In this document: piece after piece, positions 38,765 to 52,600 of the stretch
Position numbering within the stretch: the stretch's first letter is position 1
Layout: each line of letters starts with the position of its first letter
From: Bugula neritina
Lineage: Eukaryota > Animalia > Bryozoa
Length of the DNA: 64,000 nucleotides
NCBI GenBank assembly: GCA_964035545.1
Contig: OZ037771.1
Span: 9,603,408-9,667,407, forward strand
Direction of reading: 5' to 3'
The notes under the pieces: generated by a model
Told to the model about the DNA's origin: nothing
Database searches by the model: none
The model's input: the letters and a program-made list of their open reading frames with translations, nothing else
Program-made: the position numbers and the translations under genes

Positions 38765-39790
38765 TGTGACACCCATTTTAGTCATTCTGGACTAAAATTG
38801 GTGTCGCGAATATTTTTAGTTTTATTTTCACATTTTGCAGAAATTTTTGTTTGTTAATATTGCTCAAAACGTTTTTAATAGTTTAAAGTATATTATGTTT
38901 CATAAGTTAGCATGTCTATGATCATAACGATAACAGTAAAATTAAGTGAAAATTAAATTTTTGATGAGGAAAAATAACTCTTTATAAGTTTGTTTTTTGT
39001 TAAAATTAATTTAATATAATCATTATTTATTTATGTTTTTGGTTTAAACAATTGTGAAATGTTCATTATTTACTGAAGAGTCATTTAACAATAATCTAAA
39101 CAGTCACAACTGTCTAAAAATCTGAAAATAAAATGAAAATTGTTCGCGACACCTATTTTAGTCAAAACCCCCCCCTTATGACTAAATTGGGTGTCACGGA
39201 CCGCGACACCCGGTGGCCACCCATTTTAGTCACACCCGTTACAGTATGTTTCAATATGCTACAGTGTTTTTCAGTATATTTCAGTATGTTTCCGTATATT
39301 TTGGTATGTTGCAGTTTATTTTGGTACGTTGCAGTTTATTTCAGTATGTTGCAGTATAATTCAGTATGTTTCAGTATATTTCAGTGTGTTACAGTCTATT
39401 TCAATATACTACAGTATATTTCAGGATGTTACAGTATATTTCGCTATGTTGTAGCATATTTTGGTATGTTACAGTATATTTCAGTATGTCGCCGTATATA
39501 CTTCAATATGTTGCAGTATATTCCAGTGTGTTACAGTATATTACAGCATGTCACAGTATATTTCAGTATGTTACAGTATATTTCAGTATGTTACGGTATA
39601 TTTCAGTGTATAAAAGTATATTACAGTGTGTTACAGTATATTTGAGTATCTTACAGTATGTTTCGATATGCTACAGTATTTTTCAGTATATTTCATTATG
39701 TTACCGTATATTTCAGTATGTTATACAGTATATTTCAGTATTTTACAGTATATTTCAGTATGTTACGGTATATTTTGGTATGTTACAGTG
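38765..39790. repeat. Unclassified repeat: GACACCCATTTTAGTCA motifs in both orientations, then a ~20-bp minisatellite (TGTTACAGTATATTTCAGTA)n at ~39237-39790
   Basis: Directly visible; the ORFs 39133-39917 are repeat artefacts. Confidence 0.8.
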
Positions 39791-40240
39791 TACCGGCTGC
39801 CTCAGTTTATTTATAACAGGTGGCACTGCTGGAATTATCCTGATGTTTATTGAAACTACTGGTAACCAACGTGAAACTACAATAATAAAATTTAATAATA
39901 GAGATATTGATGAATAAAAAATTAAACATAAAACATTACAAAAATTGTTGCATAACATTAACAATGGTCAACATACCTCTATTACCCTTCCTAGGGGGAG
40001 TTAGAATTAAATATATAAATTTGTGATAGTGAAAGTTCAATCAAAAATCAAAAATGACTAGTGAGAATTTCAACAGTCAGTGGAGAAAAGCATCAGACTT
40101 TGGAATGGAAGCATAAAACACCTCAGCTATTATAATTCCTGGCTACAAGCTATACAAAGCTGACAGCTATTATGTTAGCAAAAATCATTGCATTGTATAA
40201 TAGTGAAAACAAAGCTATTTGTGGTCTAAAAAAAGCTGTG

Positions 40241-40288
40241 GCTAAGTGAGTAGCTAAGTGAGTAGCTAAGTGAGTAGCTTAGTGAGTA
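40241..40288. repeat. (GCTAAGTGAGTA)x4 inside the BEL 3' LTR
   Basis: Directly visible. Confidence 0.9.
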
Positions 40289-40416
40289 TATGGGTGAATG
40301 GTGATGAATTGTCCTGTGCCACTGTATGCAATTGTGTGTAATAAAAAATGATCAAAACGCTGCACTCCAACCTAAAATTTAGGATGAAATTTTACTTGGT
40401 GCTTTTACTAAAACTA

Positions 40417-41172
40417 CACAGGATAGTTAAGGACATCCTCACTAAGAATATCATAAAATTCTCTCAAAATGTAGTTTAGGTTCTTGAATAATATTGCTCT
40501 GCGGGTGGCATGCGTGTTGCCTACTTGCATTTGTTTAGCCTAAGATTAAACTACAGCCAATGGGCAGCAACTTTCATTAGGGCTGCGTTATCTATCAACA
40601 TTCCATTATGGGTGCTACATAAACAAAGTACAAAGCAAGCTATTCATTATAGCCTGCCAGCAAGCAAGCTTGTAATTAGCATGTACGAGCCAATATCTTC
40701 TCATCTATACGTGCTCATTGAAGCGTGAAGTGATGCGCGCTGCTAATTACCCATGAAAAAATATGGCATTTTCAGTGTATAAATCACCAATTTATGGGCA
40801 ATCTAGAAGAGTTATTAGAAAAAGAAAAAAATTGCACTGGAGAAATATCTCATGATTCTAACAGTGCAATTTTTATTCAGATATCATGTTTTCCTGCTGA
40901 GATATTTTACTGGTACTGAAAAGTCAACTTTTCACGCAAAATTGGCCAAAATTGGGCAGTTTTCTGTCTATAACTTTGCAAAAAAAATGAAAATTGAAAT
41001 TTCCAAAAAATTTACACTGGAGAAAAAAAAGATCTACAACAGAGTTTTTAAATTTTGACTCTAGCACAATTAGGTGAGATTTTATTTTACTGGCACTGAA
41101 TTCTTATATGATTACAATGCAAAACCTCAGCTAGGCAGTTGCAGCTAAAAGGTTGCCCTTAACTATCCTGTG
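40417..41172. mobile_element. Second (inverted) copy of the CACAG-ended element, inserted in the last codons of BEL pol
   Basis: TIRs plus TA duplication; removal restores RPLSNLV-VLVKAPSKISS*. Confidence 0.92.
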
Positions 41173-44100
41173 TACTAAATTGCTCAATGGCCTGACGAGC
41201 TGACGGGCCTTCACTTGGGGTATCCACGTACACCTAATAGCAGCGTCACGGATCTCACTACCCCATCATGCGATCGATGTACCTCGATGACACGGGCCAT
41301 CGACCAGTCATTTCAGAGACTGGCTTCTTGCATAACATGAACGACATCACCTACAGCTACCTCAGGGGTTTTTTTAGTCCATCTTTGTCGCACCTGAAGT
41401 GTCTGCAGATACTCGCTACGCCACTTACGCCTGAATTGATTAGATAGCTCTTGAACAACTCGCCAGCCCTTGCAGGAGTAAAGATCTGAGCCAGAGAACT
41501 CAGCAGGAGGGGCAGGGTGAGTTGGGATTTCATGGTAAAGAGCATATTTGGGGTGAGTGGGAGATCATCTTCAGAGACGGTCCCCAGAGGTCTACTGTTA
41601 ATAATTGACATAACCTCATAAAAAAGAGTTCTTAACTGAGAGGTGCTCAACCTTGCACAGTGTGTCCTTCCAATTCCTTTGAGGACTGTTCTGACAGATC
41701 GAATCAGAGGCTACCACACACCACCCATGTGACTAGAGTGAGGTGGATTAAAGATGAACTTGATGTTGGGGTGTGAAGATTTGAGGTGACCTTCCAAGTT
41801 TTTGGCGAGGTCATTTAATGCTCCGATAAAGTTTGTGCCTTGGTCGCAGCGTATTGTAGACACTGCACCACAAAGAGATATTAGGTAGCGAAGTGCATTA
41901 ATGAAAGAATCAGAAAACATATCTTTAAGAAGCTCAATATGAACAGCTCTGGGGGCAAGGCAACTTATCATGAGTCTGTAAGCCTTTCTTTCTTTTTGAT
42001 CATCCTTAACTATAAATGGACCAAAACAGTCAATCCCACAATGAGTGAATGGGGCTGCTTCATCAAGCCTTTCTGCAGGAAGAGTTGCCATATGAGGAGT
42101 TGCAGGTGTACCGTGAATCTTTTTTGCATTCAACACAGTTTTGAATGACTTTGAAAACCTTAGACTTGGCATTGACTATCCAGAAACCATGAGATCTAAT
42201 TTGAGCTAGCGTAGGTTCTCGACTTTAGTGAGCAGAAAGATGAGCGGTCACATGTGCAGATATGGGTAAGATGATAGGGTGCTTCTCATCATATGAAAGG
42301 GTAGTGCATTCCTGTAGTCTCCCACCAATATGAAGTAGGCCTCTTGAGTCTAGGAATGGGTCTAGCTTTGTCAGACAGCTAGATTTCTTCAGAGGCTGCG
42401 ATGCCTTAAGCACGGCGATCTCATTTGAGAAATACTCTACTTGAATGAGTTGTAGGATAGTCTGTTTGGCGTTTCGAAATTTAGACTGGGGAGTTTTGCT
42501 TAGGTACTTTTGAATTGTGGCAATTGCTCTCACTGCTCTGTTCCAGTCAGAAAACTTTCCCAAGCGTTTGTCGAGAGAAAATTGTACTGTTTGTGAAGAT
42601 AACGACAGTGATGACTGTTTTACCTCTTCATCATCAGGATTGATGTACACTTGTGGTTGCGCATGTAAGATGATAGGTTCAGTCTTGAGAAATTGAGGAC
42701 CGCTAAGCCAGTCAGATGAGCTGATTTCTTTGACATTGGCGCCTCTACAACTGAGGTCAGCTGGGTTTTCTGTAGTTGGAATGTATTTCCAGCTGTTCGA
42801 ATCTGAAAGATGCCGTATTGTTTCTACTCTGTTTGCAACATATGTGTGAAATCGATTACCAGTATTACTTATATAGCCAAGAACAACAGTTGAGTCAGAA
42901 TATAAGTGTGTGTTGATGTTTGGAATGTCAAGTTCTTTGACATACTTTGTGACCAATCTGACAGCACTTGTTGCTGCCTGAAGCTCGGGCCTTGGAACGG
43001 TCACTTGTTTCATTGGCGCAACCTTGGCCTTACGTGAAAGAAGTGCAACATGCACTCGCTTTGCCGACTCAACTAGTCGAAGATATGTGCAATGACCATA
43101 GCCCACTGTACTCGCATCAGCAAATGTGTGCAGTTGAGCAGTTTTAATCGAATTGAAACCATGAGGAGTGAGACAGCGAGGTATGGTGATGTGATTGATA
43201 GACATCAAGTCTGATTTACAAGTAGATCATCTGAGAAGTAAGGAGCCTGTAAGTGGTGCATTCCAATCAGGGTTATTACGGCATGTCTCTTTCAGAATGA
43301 TTTTACCCTGGAGAACAAAGGGAGCTATCAGACCTAGGGGGTCAAACACGGAAGCTACTGTAGATAAAACACCTTTCCTAGTGTCTGGTTTGATAATGGG
43401 GCGATGCTGGAATGTGAATTGGTCTTGGTCCGTATCCTACAGGACACCAAGTGATCGTTCTTGAGGTAATAGATCAGAGGTGAGATTTAGGGTGGCAAGT
43501 GTATTTGCACACTCACTCCTTGGTAACTGTGACATGACAGACCTACTGTTAGAGGCTATTTTGTGAAGCTTAAATTGACCGGTTTGGCAAACTGACTGAG
43601 TTTGTTTAATCAGGATAATAGCTTCTGCTTCACTGGAAACACTTGTGAGAACATCATCAACGTAAAAGTTGTGATGAATGAAGTGATGTGATGGTGCAAG
43701 AGTCGGTGATAATGACTTGCAGCGATCAGCTAGAAACCTGAGACCGTAGGTTGCACATGCGAGAGAAGATTGAGCTCCAAAAAAATGAACAGTCATCTTG
43801 TAAGTAGCATATCTTCCATCTTTATTGTACCATATAAAGTTAGGATAGTCTTGGTGCTCTGGTAAAACCTTGAATTGATGGAACATTCGTTCTATGTCCC
43901 CCATAAAGGCTATATGATTCTTCCTAAATTGCAGTAGGATACCTTAGAGGTCATTTATGTGATCTGGACCATGCAGAAGGAAGTTATTCAGACTAACTCC
44001 TCCTACCATAGCAGTGCAATCAAAGACAACACGAATGCAATCAGGCTTGTGAGGATGAAACACTCCAAAGGGAGGAATATACCAGGAAGTGGTTGAATCA

Positions 44101-46213
44101 TGAGGAGCAATAACAGCTTCACCCTTAGAAATGAGGTCAGTCATGAAATGGTGGTATTGAGTTTTGTACGCAGGATTACTGTTGAACTTCTTCTCTAGAA
44201 GTCTGAATCGATGTAGTGCAGAGGACTTGGGGTCAATATGTGGAGGTTTAGCTTTAAATGGCAACGGCATCCAGACCCTGTTATTTTTCATTGTGGTCTG
44301 ACTTTTCATTGTGAAGAGAAATTGCTTGTCTTCAATAAGGAGACTTGGTGTTTCATCGTGTGAGTCTGAATATTCAGGGTTGAATATGTCAATTAGCTTA
44401 GCAAGCTCTTTTTTTGGATTAGCAGTACACTTGAAAGTTACTAGCTCTCTGCCCTGTGGCACTGGTCGATTGATTATTTTAGTATGTGTAATATGCTGAG
44501 GATTTATTTTACCCATGACTTTCCAACCTATCACTGTCTTGATTGCAAACGGTTCTTCTTTGTTACTTGTGATAAGGATTTGTTGAGGTCTGTATGCCTC
44601 CATGAAAGTGTTGCTAATCAATAATATTACTGGGATATTGTTAGTGGAATCCGGTAGTTCATCTGCCACTGGCAACAAGTGGGGCCATGTCTGTAGCTTT
44701 TGCTTTGTAGGAATTTGAGTGTTGTCAATAGATAGTGTTGGGTGTGAATAACATGGTGGTGGTGAATGTCGCTCTGTACCTCTGTAGGCACGAACCTATA
44801 AGCCTGTAACAATATCACAGTCAATTGGTTTGTTGTTAGAAGTCAATGTGGTAAGACCAATTTATATTTTCATAGTGTCAGGATTCAGTTTTGCTATAGT
44901 GTTGTAGGTTATGTAAGTGGTGTCAGACATGGAGTCCACTAGGGCAAAAACTAAACATTCTTTTGATGGGTTTTCCTCACTGCTGACCCAAACTGGTATT
45001 ACCCATGATAAGCTATCAGGGGCAATATTGATGCAATTAAAATTTCCAGTGAAGGTTTGTTTATCATCATCTAGTCATTTATCTGATGCATTTTGTTGAG
45101 AGCTTTGTGCTTCTGGGTTTTCCTGTGAATCTGGTTTTGTAGTGAGTTGCTTGTTTGAACCATTGGATGTTGCTACGTTTTTAGGGTATTTATGCATTTT
45201 GTGAAGAGAAGTTGGATTCCTTTCTTTGCAGGTGTTACAGACAGCAGGAGATTCACATTCCTTGGCAATGTGGTTACCATCTAAACAGGCATAGCAAAAG
45301 TGTTTGCCTTTGATGAACTCATGAGCTTCAGAAAATGGCAGAAGTTTTAGCTTTCTAAAAACAGCAGTTTTGTGATTGTCCATTTTGCAGAATATAGATG
45401 CATGAATGTGTGCCTTAAATTGCTGTGGAGTAACTTCGAACTGCTGTGCAGCAAATGTCCTCTTTGGAATTACAGGTTTTTTTATAATGTCTTGAGTTTT
45501 TGTCTTTGCTTATGTGTTTGATTCATGGAGAGCTTTTGACAATAAATTTTGAGCTATATCACAGTGGTGTGATAAAATGTTATAAATGTTTTTAGAGGAG
45601 CAAATCTCCCAGTCTCTTTTTCTAATCTGGTAGACTCGTCAGCCCACATTTATCCGATTTGATGTGGAATTTTCACTATTAACCTTTTATTGGCTGCTTT
45701 CGTATTGAGGTTGATGTCTGCATCAAGACCATCAATATATTCCAGTAAATCAATAAAATCTTCTAAAGCTTTTGCATCTCTTTGGTTTATTTTTGGCCAG
45801 TTTTGGAGTTTATCTAAGTATGCCTCTGTTATTTTTTCTCCTTTCCCGTATCTGTCATCTAATTTAGCCCAGGCTGCCTCATATGAGTGTTCTGTCTTTT
45901 GTCTGTAAAGACCTTGGATGACTTTGTAAGCTCTGCCGTCTACAAACTGTCTTAAATTTAACCATTTTTGCTCGGCTGAGCTTTTTGAGAGGTTAAAAGC
46001 CTCATTGAAGGCCACCTTCCAATCTTGGTATTTCAGTGGATCGCCCGAAAACATGGGGGGCTCTGATGGACATTGCCTAACTAGGTTGATAGCTTCAGCG
46101 TAATCATCAGGTGTAAAGGCAGGTTGCTGTTGGTAGCTGGGGTTAGTAACAGGGCTTTGATAAGCAACCTGGGGAACATTGCTTGAGAGCTCATTAGACT
46201 GTAAAAAAGGGTT

Positions 46214-48784
46214 CACAGTTAGTTTAAGGTCATGCTTTTCAGTTTCTGGCTCTTTGCCAGGTGCTTTATGTTCTATATGAACAATGTTCCACTGATAGCT
46301 CGAACAGGTTGAATGTCACAAGAACAAAAAAAATATGAAAAGATAAAGAAACTTATGTTCTCCAATATACTTTTTTATTTTTTTCAAAAGCCAATTCATG
46401 TTTAAGTTATAGCTTGTTGAAAAAACTAGTCCCCCTTCCACATTCTCTTTAATTTATACGCTCCTGACTTGTTATTGTGTCTCAATATGCCTTGTATTTG
46501 AGTGCTTGTTAGTCTCGCTTCACTAACTTTGCCTATACTTCACAAGTGCCAGTGCTGCTGGCTCAAAAGCTAAATGTTATAAACTGTCAGCTAAAATCTG
46601 ATCTAGTATTCCTAGGTTGGTTGGCCTAAATAAAACAATAGTCAAATCATGATTTCATGTTTTAAAAATTTACTCTATTCTAACCTGCTGCCTAGCTAGT
46701 TATATTTTTGATGTATAATTACAGAATTTGTGATACATTTTTTTGGCAACCATCCGAGTTATAAAATGCAGTAATGGTACTTATAATATTATATTATTAT
46801 CATTATAATATACTATATAGTATTATGTGTGTTTTTATTATACTGCATAATATATATTTTATTATTGTTGTTGTGCAAACAAGTGCAATTAACCTAGTTT
46901 TCAAAATGTACCTCTAAATTATCAGAATATCAGTTTAGATATTTCCATACTTTGCTAGGTAAACCTAAAAAAAGAGGCTGTATTCCCAAAGTAAAGGGTG
47001 TTGAACTATGAACTATATTAGATTTGCCACTCTGCTACCAAGTGCATCAGTATAATATTATATGAATAGCTCTGATGCTTTGTCTCCAGTGGCTGGCTGC
47101 GATATGATAACTTAGCCAACTTCCAAGAGTTTAAAATTGGCGCAATTATTCAAGAGGTTACATACTGCAGAGAGCTAGCAGTGATAGTAACCTTGCTATT
47201 GACAGTACTTATTACAACTGCCAGCATATAAGCTGCATTGTAGAATGCCGTTGGGGTAGGCTAGTAAAACCAAATTCTGCTCTCTAATATATTTTAGACA
47301 CAATGCAGCAACATAGTTTTTAGTTTCAAATTATATTGCCACCCTTACATGAGCTGTGGGCTTCATAAAGATTCATATGATTAGATATTTATGCTATAGG
47401 CCCTACCTGTGCTAGTGTATGATGAAAATAACACACCATTGTCAAAGTTAACTTCAAGTATGTTGTTTTCCAGAAACTCAGTATTGTCCATTTATCTCTC
47501 GCATACAAATACTTATGTAATGGCATACAGTTTAAGTTTTATTTTAGAGCACATCTGCAAACTCTACAATAAGAGCTTGCTTTACCAGTCTATTTCAGAC
47601 CTGTTTTTGTAGCTAGTAATACGCAAGCTACTTATTTTTAAACTTTTGGGTTATTTGTTCAAAACCATTAGCTTTGCTAGTAACCTGAGGCTATTGCAAC
47701 AGTTTACTGCTGATCAACATGAATTGACAGCCTAATAATTATAACCCATTTGCCGCGAAATATTTATGAAATAACTGTTACTCAAATAGTGAGCGACTTA
47801 CTAACGATGACTGCGTGGTCCAGAGGTCAACGGCGTCGGCGAGGAGTTGGTTGGTCATGGTTCAACCCTAGTTTGTTGCAATTTTTTTTGTCAACTTATG
47901 CAAATCCTACGCATGTATAATAAATATGGCTATAATTGTAAAGTTTTTTTAACTTTTGTTCAACGGTAAGACAACATACATGCATAATAATTAGATACTG
48001 AACACTGGGCTAAACCTTAAATTGATCTTATAGAATACAATGTACTTAAAATAATCATATGTGAATTAGAGAAACTGAAAGTACACCTGCTGCACTATAA
48101 ACAAACCTTTACTGACAAGACTGCAAAGTGAAGTGATTTAGCTGAAATTAACTCTGCCAAACAAACAAAGAATTATGTTGTGCTGAGGCATTTTCAATAG
48201 ATTGTAACATAGTGAGATATTCAGCAAAGTGCTAATGTAAAACAGGGAACAATATATTGGCAGAAATCCAATAGATTGCCAATTTGTGCGAGAGGGTACT
48301 ATATGTTATTGTAATAGCGCGCAGAGCGGCAAACGTACTGGGAATGTTATAATTAGTCATAGGAGCGTAGCTAGAACCACCATATGAAGAATTTAGAAAA
48401 TTGCAGTGAGACTTGCAAAATGGTGTATGTTTTTACCAAATTGTGAAGAGCATAAACAGAATTTCAAAAAACAAAGAAAGTATATTAGAGAAAACATATC
48501 AAGGAATGTCAAGTTTAACTTTTAGACTTTATAAAATGAATCCCCTGTGCTACAGCAGTGGAACATGGAGGGTGTAAAATTTTACTTATTATGCAACAAC
48601 TTTCTCAGAAAATTTTTTCTTGAAAAATTAAAAAAGTATATGAAAGAGGAATGCAAGAGCTATCTTTTCATGTAAAATTTATTAATGTGAGACAAAAACT
48701 GTTCGAGCTATCCCCTGGAAACTGTTTATGTATAACATAAAGCAGTGCCTGAATCTGGAAAGTAATGACCTTAAACTAACTGTG
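46214..48784. mobile_element. Non-autonomous CMC/EnSpm-like DNA transposon in BEL gag
   Basis: TIRs CACAGTTAGTTTAAGGTCAT, extending imperfectly ~110 bp; 2-bp TT duplication; removal restores gag frame PST-NPFLQ. Confidence 0.85.
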
Positions 48785-49644
48785 TTTGTGGATGGTACAG
48801 GTGTGGTTGGAAGAATACGAGAGTGCATGATATTTTTAGTCAGACGCTGAGGTGTGTGAATGATTGGTTGAGGTGGCGTAGCTGGTGTGATGGATGGCAA
48901 CTGATTTAGAAGTGAAGAAGAGCTGTCCTTCTTTTCCTCTTCTTCAATGGCTTGGGCTATGACTTGCTCTTCAGCCTCCGCTGCGTGCATTTCAGCCTGA
49001 AGCTCTTGCTGCTTGACAGCGTTTGTAAGTTGACTAGCTTGCTGTCGTAACTCATGAATTATATTGGCAGATTCTAATTTTTTTCTTAGTGCGGCTGCTT
49101 TAGCTGTGGATTACACCTGCATTAATCTGAGCTGTGACTGTGAACTAGCACGAAATGAGTGATAAGATGAAGCCGGTTTTGAACTTACAAAATGACTAGC
49201 GGATTCTAAGATCTCAAAGCGCTGAATTTCTTGTGCTGGCTTGAAGCCAGCAGTTTTTGTTTTGGTTGAAAGTTTACTCATTCGATCTATGACATCACCA
49301 ATCAATGTTTCACAATCAGAATGCGATCTATCCATTTGATTTCGGACTCGAAGATCTGGCTCATGATCTCCTAGCATGAGGCGCCACTCATCATAGGTTC
49401 CTTTTAAATTGTGTTTAGCTTGGGATAGTTGGTTTTTATAACCTTCGAATGAGTCGTACGAAATATCCTGTTTTGATGCAAAGTGAGAACATATAGATTT
49501 GTGTCACTCAGCACAGTTTGTGATTTCATTGTCTAGTTGTGTAGCTTTCTGATTAATTTTTGTTCTTAAAGATGTATGGGATTTTGAGGCATTTGATTCA
49601 GACATCACTTATTTAGGTATGAAAGCGTAGCAATCACAAAGAAT

Positions 49645-52600
49645 TGTAATGGATTTCAGTGGTGCAATTTATTGTTAGTTATTATATCGAAAGGGTCGAC
49701 TCTATACTGTATGCTATTGTGGAGATCGACTACATCGACCTCCAGTGACTTGTAGCTATGGCCAACAGTGGCACCACTAGTAACAACCAATCAGGACTGA
49801 TACACTAATTGATAGCAGGTGGAGCTAGCTACTCGTAGTTGAAGCGCGCTGAGTAGCTAGCCAGGCAGAGCAGCTTGGGACTTCGTTTAGAGTACTTGTG
49901 TATAAAGCTCACTTATTATGTAATCGTTTCAATTCATGTTAGCAATAAATAAAACTTTTTGTATCTTGTAATGAATAAACTTTTGATAACGTAAACAACC
50001 TGGTGTAGTGGCTTTGTTTAAGTCGACCCACACATAATATAGTGAATTGTGGAATTCACTACAGTGGTGGCAGCAGTGGGATTCCACTTGATACAAATGC
50101 TCCTAGCCAGGGAGTAAGATAGCCGACGAGGACGACGCGCCCGGACAGGAACCGGCAGCAATAGAGGAGGATCACATAGGCGGCCCAGCGCTGCCTATGA
50201 ACAGGTACCACTTGCGGGCTCCCATCTTCTCAGGGGAAGAAGATGTGGAGCAATTCATCACGGAGTTTAGTGATGTGGCGGCCATCTGCAGATGGCCGAA
50301 TAGGGTTACCCTGATCCAGCTGCGGTTATGTCTGACAGGGCCGGCTAAACCCTATGGGATAAGCCAGAATGTCGGTGACATATTTGAAGCATTACGAGCT
50401 CAGTTTGGATTAACCGCTCGAGATGCTCGCGTGCAACTGCAGGGGCTTAGGAGAAATCTTAAGACCAACCTGCAAGAGCATGCTACCGCAGTCGAACGAC
50501 TGGCGCAAGTCGCCTACGGTGACTTGCCTGCTGATAGTCGACAGAGCCTAGCACTGGATGCATTCCTCCAGTCTATTAACAACCTCGGTCTGAAACAGCA
50601 TCTGCTGGTGGCCGAAGTTGAGACTATGGAGAGAGCTCTAAGGCTTGGGAATGCTTATTTCCAAGCCGACAGTGCGAGTCGACCTGGTGCGACGATACAG
50701 CAGGTCGGAGCAGACGACGACGTGTCGACGTCGCCGGCGAAGACAGCTGTACATGTCGCCTCGGCAGCAGCAGACGAATCGACTAGCTTGACCACAAGCT
50801 TGATTCGAGAACTGCTAGCCGAGATCAGGCAACTGCGTTAGCAGTCGACAGCCGAGCGACCCAGGAGGTCGTCGGTAGCTGTCGACGACAGGCGCCGCCC
50901 CGTATGCTGGGGCTGTGGTTTTGGTGGGCACTTCATGCGAAGTTGCCCCCATGGTAGTGGGAGGCAGTTAAACAGCAACGGCCAACCGTAACTTCCGCCG
51001 ACCGTGGGCCCCAGTTTAACCCCCCAAGGCAGAGGCCAAGGCCCAAACCCCACCGGGTGAGGAGGCCGCCTTCGCCAGAGTGGCAAGCCCCAAGGAGAGT
51101 TAGCAGGCTGCAAGGCCCACCAAAACCTTCGGCTTGGGCACTCAAAAACCGCTTTGAAGGTTTGCTTGATGAGGGAGTGAACGACGAGTGGGAGCAAAAC
51201 AGGGATTTTCCTCGGTTGCTCACACGAGCATCAGTCCGAGAATTCACTCGGCCGCCCGTGTGTGAGCGAGACCGAGACGTAACCTGCTAGCCCACGCGAC
51301 GTCGACGACCCCCTCGCAACCGAAAAGCACAGGTGCATCCCCAACTCCATGCACATGAGGTGTCGCTTCAAGAGACGAACCGCTCAGTGAGCGCTCAGCC
51401 ATATGGAAGCAGCTATTTCCTCCCCGGCCAACTTGCTGGCAAAGCTGTCACGTTCCTGTTGGATACTGGGTGCACCACAAATCTACTGAGTCGGCGTCTA
51501 TTCGACACTCTCAGTGCCAGGGACAGGGCTAGCCTCGAACCATATGAAGGGGAACAGGGCACGTTGGCGGACGGGTCGTGTATTCCTTTCTATGGGGTAA
51601 TCCAGTTGACTGGTAGAGTCTGTGATCAGATGATCAGTGAGACCTTCGTCGTCAGTCAACTCAAGGAGGACGCCATCTTGGGCATGCCATTTCTGAAGCG
51701 ACACAGGTGCTACATCGACTTTAGCAAGTCGGCGGTAGTGATGGCTGGGCGTGAGCTGGCCTGTGTCGACCGATTTGGCCGACCCTTGGTGGGGGGAGTG
51801 CAGGTGGTACAGTGTTGCACTGTACCTGGGTGCTCCCAGGCTACAGTTCGCTGCAGAGTGAACTGTAGGGAAATCTCCGAGCTTGGAGTGGTGGAAGGTG
51901 CACTGGGGGGCGTCCAGCTCGCTAACAGTCTGAACAGGCTGGATGAGCAGGGGGAGTTCCTGGTCCAGTGCGTAAACCCTTTCACGGAGCCGGTAGAATT
52001 GCCGGCTGGGTCTCTAGTGGGGAAGTTCCACTCTGTACAGGAGGAGGATGGAGGGCCCGTGCTGGAGACGGCGGACGAAGCCCGTGGGGTACCCACTAGA
52101 GACGGCAGGGGGCCGGTGCCTAAACACGTAGTGGAGTTGTACGAGAATGCCTGTGATGGCTGTGAGAGCAAGCGAGAACGCCTGGTGATGGCGCGGCTAC
52201 TCTCTGAGTACAAGGACGTGTTCAGTTGCGGCGACCATGACATGGGTCTGACTAAGACTGTCTGTCACGAGATACCCCTGGCGGCGGGGACGGCGCCCAT
52301 CCGGCAGCCGACCCGCCGGTTAGGTCCTGAGAAGGAGAGAGAAGTGAGCCGTCAGGTGCAAGACCTTCTGAACCGGGACCTGATTGAGCCAGGCCATGGG
52401 GCCTGGAGTTCTCCAGTCGTCCTGGTTCGGAAAAAGGATGGGAGCTGGAGGTTTTGCGTTGATTATTGCAGGCTGAACAGCGTGACCATCCAGGGCGCTT
52501 ACCCTCTCCCTAGGATCAATGAGTCGCTCGATGCCTTAGCTGGTAGCAAGTTCTTCAGCACGTTGGACTTGCTAAGCGGGTATTGGCAGGTGCCCCTGAG

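Noticed and set aside
39133-39917. Tyr/Cys-rich protein ORFs
   Set aside because: Translations of a 20-bp minisatellite.
46224-48774. TTAA-targeting (piggyBac/Kolobok) element
   Set aside because: Inverted symmetry continues beyond TTAA to CACAG, and only the 2-bp TSD model restores the gag frame.
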